Assembly: GCA_038496445.1 (NCBI GenBank)
Contig: JALMLS010000281.1
Span: 62,001 to 126,000, forward strand
DNA: 64,000 nucleotides
Source of the DNA: Trichosphaerium sp. ATCC 40318
Taxonomy: Eukaryota > Protista > Tubulinea
Direction of reading: 5' to 3'
This document shows, one piece after another, positions 50,643-63,542 of the stretch. The notes under the pieces are model-generated. The model was not told the origin of the DNA, did no database searches, and saw only the letters and a program-made list of their open reading frames with translations. Both the position numbers and the translations under genes were made by a program. Position 1 is the first letter of the stretch. Each line of letters starts with the position of its first letter.

Positions 50643-51614
50643 CGTGTTTGTTTTTGTTTGTTTGGTTTTTGTTTCGCTTAATGTTCTCGGTAGGTTAAGT
50701 CACGTGTTTTAGGAACGAGAGCACACGAATCACACGAACTTGTCCGCAAGTTTAACTTAGGCGGATAAGGTTTATACTATGTATATGTACTTATAATAGC
50801 AATTTAGGTATGGGCCGATAATAGCGGACCTAAAACACGACCCATCTCGAACGTATTGGGGTAAAAAATCTCGAGGTTCACAAACCCTCCCCGCCACTGT
50901 TTTTAGTATACACGTGGTACTGCTGTGCAGTGAGCATAAACCAGCATTTTTTACAAGGAAGTTCTTAATGCCTATAAGTAGCGTTTTGGTCATGCGAAAC
51001 AACTTTGCTGCGAGCAAGCTGATTTAGTTTATAGCGCCTTTGATCAATCTCAAACACGGAATGTTTGTGGGATGATGGCGCGATAATGAACTTCTGTAGC
51101 AAAGTGAAGTTATTATTACAAGCAATGAGGAGTGTAATGAAGTTTTTAAAACTTTACAAAGCTTTGTAACTCGTCCTTACACGAAACTTGTTTTTACCAA
51201 AGGAGCTATTTTCAACAAAAAAAGCAAAACACCAAAAATACAAAGCACCCTTTTCTCGAGCGGTCACCTCTTTGTATGTATATGTAAGGTTAAGCATCTA
51301 CGCTAAACGCATCCTGTAGACAGGTTTAGCTGCAAAGGGTGCAAAAAACACGGAGTTTTCATGTAATTATCACGTTTTGATCACGTGATACCAAAGGACA
51401 TCAACGGGTTTTTCTGTTTACATACATTGCTTCTACAATCGTTGTTGTTTATGAGTTTACCCAAACTTGAATAAGTCAAACGTGTTTTTACTGTTTTTCT
51501 GTCAAAAAAATATTTGGGACCTCAAGCAATAGTGTTAGGCGTTCTACGCTGTAAAAAAAGCGATTTTTGTCTTAAAGGGGTTTTAATCTACAAACGAACA
51601 CGCTTCATTTTAAT

Positions 51615-52360
51615 TTGCTTGGGATGGCCATTACAGGCAACGGTATACGTAAACATACTATTTCGGAGCGGCTAACAAAAAAAGCGTCTTTACAGAACGA
51701 TCTTTTACGCCTTCTCTTTGAGCTACAGCTTGATATAATAGATTTAGACGTAGTGCTACGCCAAAAGTGGCCAGAGCTATCCAAACACACTACTACAACA
51801 AAATTCGATGGCGAGCTGAGAAAATACGGAAAATGGCTGCGTGCTATTACTAAATTGCTCTACACCGCACATTGTTCAGCAGAAGACTTTTTCACGCGGA
51901 AAATGCAATAGCGAACAAGCTGTACTCTAGTGGCCAATTAGAACAGCTATGTTTTTATGTTGAAGGTAAACTTGAAGGAGGGTACACAGCCTATCATGAA
52001 AATGGACAACTGTTGGAAAAGGCTAACTACGTTAATGATGAGCTGGTAGGAGATAGTTGTACATTTAATGACTTGCCTACATGGACAAGATTCGATCGCG
52101 ATTATGCGTCACTGTATCAAGTACACTGCAACTGAACCATCCAGATATCATCTTATTCTAACTGTACAAGTAGTCGTGTGTTTAATAGGCAGTGGGATTT
52201 CACAAATCACTGCAAGATGGATGGTACTGTTTAGCATAAGTCAGTAAAGAAGGAAAGGGTTACAATTGATACAAAAATGTTCAAATGTTCAACGAGGGAT
52301 TTTATAGCGATGGTAAAAAGATAGGAGAGTACAAGATGTGGTATGACTTATATTGTATAA
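51615..52360 (+). pseudogene. MORN-variant repeat gene, disrupted
   Basis: YSSGQLEQLCFYVEGKLEGGYTAYHENGQLLEKANYVNDELVG and GFYSDGKKIGEYKMWY are separated by in-frame stops and frame changes. Confidence 0.6.
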
Positions 52361-52437
52361 CATAAGTAGCATTAATAAACAAAATGTATATTCTTTCTTT
52401 TGAGTTGGATTCGGATTTTATTCTTACTTCAGCTGTG

Positions 52438-55400
52438 TTACTTCATGTTACTCTCGAGACTAGCAATTCGGGCTAGCAGCTGGGCATTGGTTTTTTGCAG
52501 CTCTTCTAATTTGGCATTGGACTCTGCAATGATGGTTTTGTGTTCTTCCAGTAGTTTCTCAATTTTTCCAGTTAAAAATGATTTTGTGTACTGGTGTTTG
52601 CTGGTCGGTTGATTTGGCTTTGCAGCTGCCCACAATTTTCTTTGTATTAAATTAGAGCACCATAATGTTTTGTGTTATAGCTTACCGAGTATTAGTAAAA
52701 CCATTGTCATCAGACAACTCATCTGACTCATTATCCATTGATTTTGAAGGGTTTTTGTTTTCTTGCTTTTCATTTTCAGTTGTTTTGGTACTCTTGGAGA
52801 CACTTTTTTTTTTAATTGATTTGCTAGTGCTTGGCCTCCTCGGTTTTTGTACAACCTTAACAACATATCGTGCGACAGCCTGAACATCTAAAGTATATAT
52901 TAACAAGGCATTGGTACTCAATTTAGACTATTACCCTGAGCCACAACCAACTCATCACGTGGATACTTATCAACACATTCTTTCACTGCTTCCCCCAATC
53001 TATTCACCACTGCATAGTGACTTTGGTATCCAGGTTTGATAGGTCTACCCTCAAAGCTATTTTGGTCTCCAGGCTTTTCTATTACCTAGTAGCAGTAAAT
53101 AATGAGTTTACAACCATTCTTTGTGTACAGGATACACATTCCCAGGTGTAACAAAGCTCAAAATTAATGTTTTTTCAGTAGCCTTTGGGTCATAAGAGCA
53201 AGCATATGTGATACTGCTCTAGTAAAGTATTAGAAAAGTGGTCAAACAGTATTTACATCAAAAAGAAAAGTTAGAGATTAGTTGACGGCTAAGTTGGGAC
53301 CGGACAACTACTGCTAGAGAATAGTGTTTGTATTCGTACCGTGAAGTATATTCCTTGTCCATAGTATCCGGCATCCAATGCACTTACAGTTCCAAATCCA
53401 GCTTTTACAATACTTTCAGCAGCCTCAGCACTTGTTCCATGGACCATTAATACAACCGGCAACTGAGTAATTAGTCAAGCGAGAAACTATATTGAACTGT
53501 ACCTCGGAGTTGCTATTAGTCAAGCTTTTAGGAGAAATCAGAGATGTAAACTTGTCAGAAATATTTTTCCGTGCGTCACCCTTCCAATCGCGTTTACAAA
53601 ATAACTTGGGTAGTTCTCTAAAATTACAGTAAGTACTCAATCAAGAGTCAAATTTCATAAAAAACTTATGTAAACGTACTGATGCCTGTGTTTAAGTATT
53701 TTGTTGTACATCCCAAAGTTTCGAAGCAATACGTCATTGCAAACAAGATGTGCTGATACAACCCTTACTTGATTGTATCCATGCATTTTAGACATCTGTT
53801 CCCTAAGAAACTCAAGTTCTCTTTTAGCCACTTTATCTTTATCAGCCATATTAAAAATATCCAGTGTTCGGAAATGTGTTGCTTTTTCAATGAACCCCCT
53901 TTTACAACTATTAAACAAACAATAAGGAGGTTATATACACACTGATTGTTGGATCTATCCCAGCTACAAGCATAGTCTAATCTTGGGTTTAATTCCCAAG
54001 AATTGTTGCTTTTTAGTCCTAGTTGAGAAGTCAATTGGTAGGGAAAACAGCAATGCTTGTACCTGCTTTAGTTTCACCTGGTTTATTATTTGGTACAATA
54101 GGCTGAATAGCACATGTGCCACGTTTACATATGAGGGATGTGTCAGTATTAAATGTCTAGCAATAGTTAATATTGTATTGATTAGTTGTTATGTACAGAA
54201 TTTTCATCGTCAAGAGTGTGCTGAGCACATAGACTGCATATGAAGTCCTCATCAAACGCTGTACAACATTAACCATAAATAGAAAACTTATTCTAGCACT
54301 TACATTCCTCTAAAGTTGGTTGAATGGAGTTTAGACACCATCCTTGTTTCATACATATTTGATCAACTGTACCAGCTTGTAGTTCACAGCTCCAAATATC
54401 ATCTGGTAGATCACACAAGATACCTTCCATTAATTCTCCTTGTTGAACCCAAAAGGTCTATAAATGATATGAGTTATAACAAACTGAGTATCTTGTGTAC
54501 CGAAGATTGAACAAATATGCGATTGTAAGAACAAATTAAGGTACAAATACCTTTTTGTATTGCAAGTTTAAAATAAGAACGTGTTGGCTGTGTATCGTTA
54601 GTCAAGAGTTTTTGAGGATTAAAAGATGTACCAAGTACTGTAACCACTTTGCAAGATTACATCTCCATTGTGGGTAGTTGTCTATATGTGCACAAGAAGA
54701 CCATAGCGATTGGCTTGCTTGTTTATTAGTCGGAAAGTGTGACAACAAAGTTTCAAAGACTTTGGTGTATGCAGGATCATTATCAACCACCTTAATTAAG
54801 ATAGTCTGAATACCAAACTTTCGGTTGCTCATAGTCCGTGAAAAAACATCACTTGCATTAGATAATATAAGAAACACAGAGGTATTTTCCAATTGTCCTG
54901 ACAATAGTGTTAATGTTTCGCTTCAGTATTTTATGTAGAATGACCTGCATAAAGTAACGGCGTCCATCCTTTGTTGTCTATTGCTTCTACATTTGCACGT
55001 GATTTAATTAACTCCTCAACAACCGCACTGTGTCCATATTTGGCTAGTAGAGTATGAATAACATAAAATCAAGACGTGTAGTACCAGCAAGATGTAATGC
55101 TGTCCGGCCATCAGTATCCGCTGCCTCAATTTTTACTTTTGATCTTACCAATACTGTAACAATATCGTTGTGTCCATGACTTGCTGAGACGTGTGAGTAG
55201 CAAGTATTGTTATAAAATAAATATTGTACCAGCATAGTGTAATGGTGTTTGACCTTTTTTATCTGTAGCGTCGATGTTGCCTTTGGCTTTGATTAATAAT
55301 CTAACAATACTTACGTGTCCCGTTGATCCTAAAGTGAAATACGTTTAGATTAAAGGTATGTGTGGTATGAAAATACATTGTATAATGTGTACCTGCAAGA

Positions 55401-56548
55401 TGTAAAGGTGTACGTCCATTATCATCAACGGCATTGATATCTGCTTTTGCTTCGATTAATAATTTAGTAATACTCGCATGTCCACATGCTAAAAAATGTG
55501 AGTAAAATTTATACAGTCGTACGTTTACAACATTACCTGCAACGTGTAAAGCTGTCTGTCCTTTGTCATGGTCTACAGAGTTAATATCTGTATTTGCTCC
55601 AAGCAGTAGTCTAACAATTCTTGGGTGTCCGCGAGAACCTTAGAAATGTGAGTAAGATACATTTATAGCAATGTTGTACTGGCAATATGTAGCGCTGTCC
55701 ATCCATTATTGTTCGCATCGTTTGTATGTACATTTGCTGCAACCAAGAGTCTGACAATATCAACACGTCCACACAGCGCTGAAAAATGTGAGTACGTACT
55801 TTAATACTTACAATTTGTACCCGCAACATGCAAAGGTGTACATCCATTCGCATCTGAGGCGTTGACATTTGCATTCGCTGTTATCAACAATGTAACAATA
55901 CGTTTGTATCCACGAAATGCTGAGAGGTGAGTAATGTGCTTTGTAACATTTTATACTTACAATCTGCACCTGCGAGATGTAAGGCTGTCCGTTTTCCATC
56001 AGTCGCAACATTGACATCTGCTTTTGCGTTGATCAATATTTTGACAATCTCTTTGTGATTCTTCAATACTAAGAAATGTGAGACAAATTTCATTTTACGA
56101 CCACGATCAATCGGTGTACCGGCAACATGTAAAGCTGTACATCCATTGTCATTTGCAACATTGACGTTTGCGTTTGCTTTGGTCAATAACCTAACCATAC
56201 GTGTCCATCCACGAGATACTGATAAGTATTAGGAACTCAAAGTGTACATTTACAACAATATTATACCTGCAACGTGTAAAGCTGTCCATCCTTCTTTGTT
56301 TGTAGCACCAACATTTGCCGTTGAGCATAAACACATCGATACAATAATTGGCGAATTGTCATGTGCTAAATAATTAGTTTTGAGTTTTACTAACGTTTCA
56401 ACAAACCTGCACACATAAGGATATCATTGGCTGTGTCGCTTGTACGTAGCATCCTCTTTAGTTTCTTTCCTAGAAGTTGTCAATAAAGAAGTTCTATTAT
56501 CTCGATGGTACTTGTGATAGTATTGTAACGTCGTCGCTGTCGAAGCAT
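52438..56548 (-). CDS. Ankyrin-repeat protein with a C-terminal PARP-like ADP-ribosyltransferase domain and coiled-coil tail
   Basis: Ten ankyrin exons (G.T.LH.A) at 54945-56365. ART motifs MVHGTS, DAGYYGQGIYFTSSITYA and DELVV. Basic/acidic tail and coiled coil KIEKLLEEHK...LESNMK*. Confidence 0.85.
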
Positions 56549-57262
56549 TCTTATTTCGGCTATGTGTGGTTAATATTTAAGAAGAATCGCCCAGATCACG
56601 TGTTTCCAAAAGTCGATAAAAACCCCCAATTACGCCATTTTGTACGACAATAAAAGGACTGAAACGATTGGTATGTGCTTAAGACATTTCCTTCCATGTC
56701 CCAAAAAAAACCAGTTGAACGTCTAACGCAATTTTGCAAGTATAAAACAAGCCTTGATATGTACCTTTTAATTTTTGCTTATTTGTTTCATTTCTATCTC
56801 TTTTTGTTGCTGCTGACAATTTCCGATGTTCCATGTGATAGTAACTATTCACAGCTTTTACACGCCGTTTGCCTTCTTTCACACGTGGTAGTTTAAAAAA
56901 GTCCAATCGAAATCTCCACGGTATCACGTACCAGTTGAGTTTTGTTAGGTGCGACTGTTGTGTTGTGCTAATTAAATTTTAGTATTTTCGAACAAAATAT
57001 TAAAGAAAAGTTTCAACTTTCGAACGAATTGTGATGGCGTCAACACGTAGCTTCCCAAATTGGTTGCCAACGAAAGCCTTATCTTTAAAATAAATATGCC
57101 ACATGCAAAGGGGTGACGTTTTAGTACGCTGAAATAAATTGTTTATAAAAACAATTAATTGGTATTGATAATACCACTATGCAGCTGCAAGTTTACTATT
57201 TATTTGGTACAAGAACAGTTCCTATTGAGGCAAATATTAACTGAAAGCAATACCTCCAATGA

Positions 57263-57450
57263 CTGATAAGAAATCTTCGCACGGTCTTTATACTTCTCTA
57301 ACACGTGAAGACCAACGTATTTAAATCCACTACCGGCGTTTGTAGGTTTGCCTAATCACGGCACATCCCCAATCTATAACAAGTGCATCATTGCTGATAG
57401 TCAACATGATATTGGTAAAGGATATATTGTCCATTCAAGTTTGTGACAGG
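57263..57450 (-). pseudogene. Kinase pseudogene fragment (copy of 63879-64000)
   Basis: Near-identical DNA to 63879-64000. Reads DNISFTNIMLTISNDALVIDWGCA, then frameshift and stop. Confidence 0.75.
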
Positions 57451-58099
57451 TTTGGCAGAAGTATCAAAGTGCAAGATCTCAAATTACTAATGTTCTTTAC
57501 ACGCTAGCTTAGCACCATGCGAATGATGGCACGTTCAGGCGTAAAGAGGAGTATTAAACATGAGATAACGTTAAAATCTCAAAGAAAATTACAAGCGCTT
57601 CCAAAGTATCTGCGCTGAGCGTACGGTATTAACGTAGCGTAATAATCTGTTTTAGAGTATAGGAGACAAATGTTGGACCTCAGAGGTAATCAGAGACGTT
57701 AACAGAAATGCATTAATGTACCAAATAAAACAACAGTAAAAAACACGTGGTGTTGCACAATATGTTTGCGTTTTTGACATGGATTTAGTTTTTTCCAGAA
57801 CTGACAAGATCCATTAGATCTTGTAGTTTTTGACAGCTCTTGTAAGAACTAACAGAAGTTGCAAGATCTGTCAGATCTGACTAAACACGAAAACCAAAAG
57901 TCACAAACAGCAAAAAGTTGCAAAGATTAGCAAACTTGAATGATATGTACAATACTTAAACAAACTTCGAATACAATGCCAAAGGTTTCAGCACCCAACT
58001 TAGCTGTATGACTTATACTGTATAGTGTAAGTAGCAAAAGTATTAAATAAACCGTATATTCTTTCTTTTGAGTTGGATTCGGCTTTTATTCTAACTTCA

Positions 58100-58754
58100 T
58101 TATTATATCATGTGACAACTTTTTAAAACCATTAAGTGTTTTGTTCATTTTTGCTATATCATTGCGAATTTTCTTTACCATCTTAGCGTCTTGCTTACTA
58201 TCGATAAGCTTTGAGTGTATTTCACCCAACCAACACTGAAGTAGCTCGAAGTTTCTCCTTGCTACGAGTTAAAATTCTACTGTACAAAGGTGGCACGTAC
58301 AAAAACTGTTTAAGCTTTGAAGCAGCTTTCTTTGTGTTACCAAACATTTCGTATTTTAGAGCTACGTTAAGCATTGAGTTGTTGAGGTTGCATATTTGGG
58401 TAAACGAGTTACAATCCCATATCATTAAAAAGGTCTGGTATTTGCTCCAGCTTCGCTTCTGTCGACCATTCTGAAATTATGGATGTACTCTGCCGTGTCT
58501 TTTCCTTTATGCGCAAACGTATGTGTATGCCTTTAGATGCGGGTAGGGCTTCGATGATATAAGAATGTCTAAGATTTTAAAGTTAAACAGTAACAAGGGA
58601 AGCAACAGCGAAACCCTGTTCTTATATGTGGATTGCTATCCCTTATGCTAGTTATGTCGTTTATTATTTCGTCGTTAATAGTTTTTATGGCTTGTATCTT
58701 TTTCAATAGAGTGGTTGTGCTCATTGTAGTGCTCGTAGAACATGTAAAAAACAA
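58100..58754 (-). other. Possible small unknown gene or pseudogene
   Basis: Short ORFs flanked by GT/AG signals, with a downstream segment shared with 52385-52431. No family recognised. Confidence 0.2.
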
Positions 58755-58809
58755 ACAAATTTGGCAAATCTCTCAGAGACTTTCTTTTTTTAGATTGGGT
58801 CTCGAGGCT

Positions 58810-60010
58810 TGTGGCAGACTTCTTTCAAACAGAATTTGTTCGAATAAACATACACCAACACTGCAAAACGAAAAATAAATAACTAAGAAAGCCAATTAGT
58901 TATCTTGTTTGCAGAGACAACAATAGCCATAGTCATTCACTACATGGAGCGTTGATTTCATCATAGAACATTGACACTAGTGATTTTATCAAACCATCAT
59001 AGTCCTCATTGTAGGCACATGCTAAACAAGAATGATGTACTTAACACCGCAGGGCGCTTTTTTGACTTTCCAGAGATGATGTCTTCTTCAAGACTCTCTT
59101 CAGTGTGCGTATCCCGCACCATCAGATAAGGTAATGTGTTTTCTTGTGCCAGGAATTGTCCAAGGTAAACACCATACTCCTCCTCAGACTCAAACGTTTT
59201 CAGTGTTCCATCATCCTCCGTCATAAAATTGTCTACTATGTTAACCTTTGTGCTAGAAAAATTCATCAGTCAAGAGTCTTAACTTCCTTGCCGACCTGCA
59301 ATTGCTCTAACGAAAAAGTGAGCTTGATTGATTCCTGAAAAAAAACCTGGCGAAGTAAACAGCAAACGTACGTGTAATTAAGACACCTAACAATGTCATG
59401 TGCCTTTCCGAGTTATAGATAATCGCCATTTGCTGCTTGTTTATATCACGCATTCGTTCTTCAATTTCGATTTTTTGCTTTTTAGCCTCCCTTTCTAGCT
59501 TTCGGTGATCTCTCAAACTTTTTTTTGTGCTCACTCTGTAGTTTGTCTAACTTTAAGTGTACAGTTTCTAGCCTTTCCATTTTCTCTTGTTACTCTCCAC
59601 AGTGGCACAAATCTCATCCAGCGTAGCTTGTTTTACAACAATACCTCTGAACTCCCCTATCTCTTCAACTGCAGTCTGAGAGGAGAATACGTTGTATCTA
59701 TAGAACCGTTAGAGGCGATAATCTAAGAATTATTAGAGGCGAAGACACGGCTACCAGAACTTTCGAACAGTTTTTTTTGAACTGTTTTGATGTGTACCTC
59801 AGGATCTTCTTCTCACCTATATGAGTAAAGATTAACCCATTACTGGCCATGCTGAAGACGTAGTTGTGTAATGAAAAGGTAAGGTGTAATTGCATTGACT
59901 TAATTGATAATGTACTAAATAATCACGTACCTCCCTCAGAACCTGGTGTAGGAGATTTCCAAGAAGCTTTATGTGATAAAGTTCTCCTCTTTGAGCAAGT
60001 CATCATCTTT
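58810..60010 (-). pseudogene. Internally deleted/degenerate copy of the kinase-family gene
   Basis: 58810-59031 matches 63443-63683 (3' end and downstream DNA) with a small deletion that creates a stop. It is joined upstream to a coiled coil and to LMVRDTH...KKRPAV, and the frames are broken. Confidence 0.55.
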
Positions 60011-60491
60011 AGAACTACGTTAGAGAAGTAATGAGGGAGTAAAAAAATAAAGTCCAAAAACTTTTTTCATGATTGAAAAAACAAGGAATTCTAGAATAAA
60101 GTTCAACTTCACCAAATACTCAGTTTATAGTACACCTCAGTGAATGACACTAGTATTACTGCGTGTAGGATATGTACTCTTTCGCTTGTGTATCCCTTGA
60201 TACGGTTGAGCCTGAAAGGCATAGTTTGGTAATAACAGTTTTTGCGGTTCCGCGTGGGTGCGTTTGTTATCAAAACAAGTAGATTTGTTATTTCACAAGT
60301 GAGCGCTTGGCGAGTCCACGTGATACTAAATATTGTTTTGACCTTATGTAGGTTCAGTCAGCACAGATTAGACGTACTAGGTATCATTCACCTCCTTATT
60401 ACCATGGCTTGTACATATTTTCCAAATAAACACTCGGTTTGTCTTATACGCCAGGGATTGACAAAACACAAAAGCACGAAAAATTGTTTAT

Positions 60492-62365
60492 TTACACAGA
60501 GTCCGAGAACGAGCTCTCTTTGCTTTTTCCAGAATAGCTATTGTCCTTAGAATTAATCAAAGGCTTATTTTCCTAAACAATCAAATTAAAAACTAGTAGA
60601 CAAGTAAACAAAAGCTCACCTGTCGCTTGCCCAACTCTTTCTCTGTTGGTTTAATAAAAAGCAATAGCAAAAATGCAATAAAAAAAGATGCACCAGCCAT
60701 AGCTCCAGCTACTTTGTAGCTACCAAATGCATCATATATGGCACCAGCAGCAGGTACACCAGCTGCCATTGATAGCCAACCAAACCACAATGTACCAAGA
60801 ATCACAGAAAAGTTCTCTAAATTATTGCTTTAGTATGAGATGAAAGCAAAAAAAAATAAATAGAGTACCTGTTCCGAAGACCTCTGCAACAAACGGCGAA
60901 AAGTTTCCTATTATTGAACCAGATGATACACCATAAGCTACACCATAAGCCATCAGTAGTGGAAAACTATTAAGCCAGGGCCAAGCAGTAGTAATGACAG
61001 TCATGAACAATAAAGCCAACTGAATAATAATTCTTTGTCCAACGAAATCAGATATGAAACCAAAGATTAACCTTCCACCAGCAGAAGCAGCACCAATAAC
61101 TGAAAGAAGGAGAGAAGATTGGAAAGTAGTAAATCCTTTATCTTCACCATCAGCAATGATATGAGAGAATGGTATAAGGTATCCGTATGCCATGAATAAT
61201 ACAATAAGGAAAAGTATTATAAATTGTAAGTTTGTAAAGTATTCAATATCAAAAACTTTCTTGCTTTGTTTGATTGTAACCCTCTTACGATAAAAAAATA
61301 TCAAAGGCAGATTTAATGCGAGAATACCCGACATTACTTTTAAAGTGTTCTTCCAGCCCATCATACCCTCCAAATATGTAAAAAGAGCTGGATATACAAA
61401 AGTACCAACGCCAATACCTGAACAAACATAAGACGGGGTAAAAAACTTCAGAATGACTGCTAGAAACAACGCACTTCAAAAAAAATTTCACAAAACAAAT
61501 ACATAACTATTCGGGCTTGAAAAGAAAACAGTCCCTTGCGAATTACTGAGTGAAAAATGACTCCAAAGTGGTTTTTGTCGGGTTTTGCCAATATTTCCTA
61601 TTTTTCTAAAAATACAACACACGTGTAAGGTCGAGAATTTTTCGTGTAGTGATGTTAGGTACCTGCGTTAGCTAAACCAAATGCTAATCCGGCGTATTTG
61701 TCAAACCACATGGCTAATAATGCATTACCAAGAATTGTACAACAAGAACCAAGTCCCACAACAAAACCGTATGTAAATACAAACCAAGCAAATGAAGGAG
61801 CATATCCACTAGCGAATAGACCAACTGTTGCAATAGCTGATGCTATACCCATCATAAGAGGGTACCCGAACTTTTCTGCACAATAACCAAAACCACTCAT
61901 CACTGTGTATGTCTAGAAACTAATTAATTTGCGTCTTCATCTCATACTACAAAAAATTCGCGTTCACGTAACGTTACGTCTACAAGTAGTTCACTTTGAG
62001 TGTTTCTATTTGAGTTGAAACAGCGGTAGTTGAGTACTTACTGTGATTGTGTAGATTGTACTAGCTAATGATGCTTCACCTCTATCGATATTGTATTCTT
62101 CTAGATTGTAGTTAGAAATAGCGCTTGTGATGTATTACGAACCTGTCAGGTTAGTTATAAGAGCGCCGAAGAGATAGCTTACACCATAAACCGAGAAAAA
62201 TAGATAAAAACAAACAGCAAGTACTACAAATGCATATCCTTTGTCTGGTGGAGGCGGTGTTGGGTCATTAGCGAATAAGTCTTCTGTTTCAAACTCTAGG
62301 CGCTCAGTTGTTGTGAGAGCTACTTCCGCAGAAAACCTCTTTATATCACGTTCCTTTGCGTCCAT
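60492..62365 (-). CDS. MFS monocarboxylate-porter (SLC16/MCT-like) transporter
   Basis: PPPPDKGYAFVVL, WFDKYAGLAFGLANAGSGIG, GRLIFGFISD and GAIYDAFGSY, with many TM helices. Confidence 0.9.
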
Positions 62366-62599
62366 TCTCGATAAAGATAAACGTCACTTTTGATACCTGC
62401 TGTTCAAAAGATTCACAATATTTCGTCATCTCGAGGTAAGATACTCCGCGTTCACACCGGAAGAAACACGCACGTTCTCCTACATTTTTTGGTACCTGAT
62501 CACGTGCCTTTCTTCCACGATGACGAACACTTTGTTGTTTGAGTCTAGATATGTCATGCGATCCATGAATACTTTCCTAACATTTCTTGTAAACGATGG

Positions 62600-62705
62600 A
62601 AGCTTAATTTGGCATTTTGGATCTTCTCCATTGTTATCACAAACCCTAAAGTGTTTGCTATCGTTCTCATAGAAAATATACTGGAAAGTGATGGAAACCG
62701 TTTGC
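62600..62705 (-). pseudogene. Class-3 lipase C-terminal remnant
   Basis: GFHHFP (frameshift) IFYENDSKHFRVCDNNGEDPKC resembles the lipase-3 YxH..E.FY...vC...EDP.CS motif. No GHSLG nearby. Confidence 0.4.
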
Positions 62706-63542
62706 ATCGTCACTGTACGATAATAACTTATTTTTATAACCATATCATGCCAATACTGTGGCATGTTTTACGTCGAGCAGAAAATCTATGATTTCTTTCT
62801 GATTTATCATTGTCGCCCACGCAGTGATCTTAAAACTGCTCTTTGGTGTTGTATTTTAAAAAAGCGAGGTAGAGAAACTATTCGATTTAAGCCATTTTTT
62901 CTAGCCTCTGTGAGTACTCCCAATATGCTGTTTTACGCGTAAGGAAACGTTTTATGACATTCATAATCCCAAACTACACGCCATAAAGTTATTAAAATTT
63001 ATAAAGCAGAAGAGCTACTCACACGCTATGAGAGTACGTTCACCTATTTTTTGTGCTGTTTGAGAGCTAAGAAACATAAACACATTTGAAGTCACAATAA
63101 CTCACTGGGAGAGTTTTAATACTGGCGCTTAAGTATATTTGCTTGTTGGAACAGACATCGTAATTATGGATGTTTTTATCGCGCAACTACGCTCGTAATT
63201 TTTTGCGTGCCGCAGTTTTTATGAAATTTATTATTGTTGACACGTGATCAAATGCAAACAGAAAATGACTTGGCTTGCCTTTTATATGGGTTTTTACGAA
63301 CAATTCTAGCTGCATAATACTGGCCATTTTTAAAACACAAAAGTGTGCCAGCTAAAATGCATCACTTGCACACATGTGAGTATATATGGCAATAACGGGG
63401 CTTTCAAATAGTTCAAAATTTTATTTGTGTTGTACTTAATGTTGGTGGCAGAAGTCCATCATAAACGGTTAAACACTACTTCAACAGAGTTTATTCGAAT
63501 AAACATACACTGATGAAAAAAAAAGAAGTAACAGAAATCCAA

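Noticed and set aside
54560-54640. In-frame TGA in the ankyrin-ART gene suggesting recoding or a pseudogene
   Set aside because: It falls inside a plausible GT-AG intron (gtacatc...acacag). Genes in the window end in TAA, TAG and TGA, consistent with the standard code.
56679-56927. 82-aa ORF upstream of the ankyrin-ART gene
   Set aside because: No recognisable motif and non-ATG start; could be chance.
57800-57885. Cluster of short AGATCT-centred palindromes
   Set aside because: Arms are 8 bp or shorter, with no supporting context.
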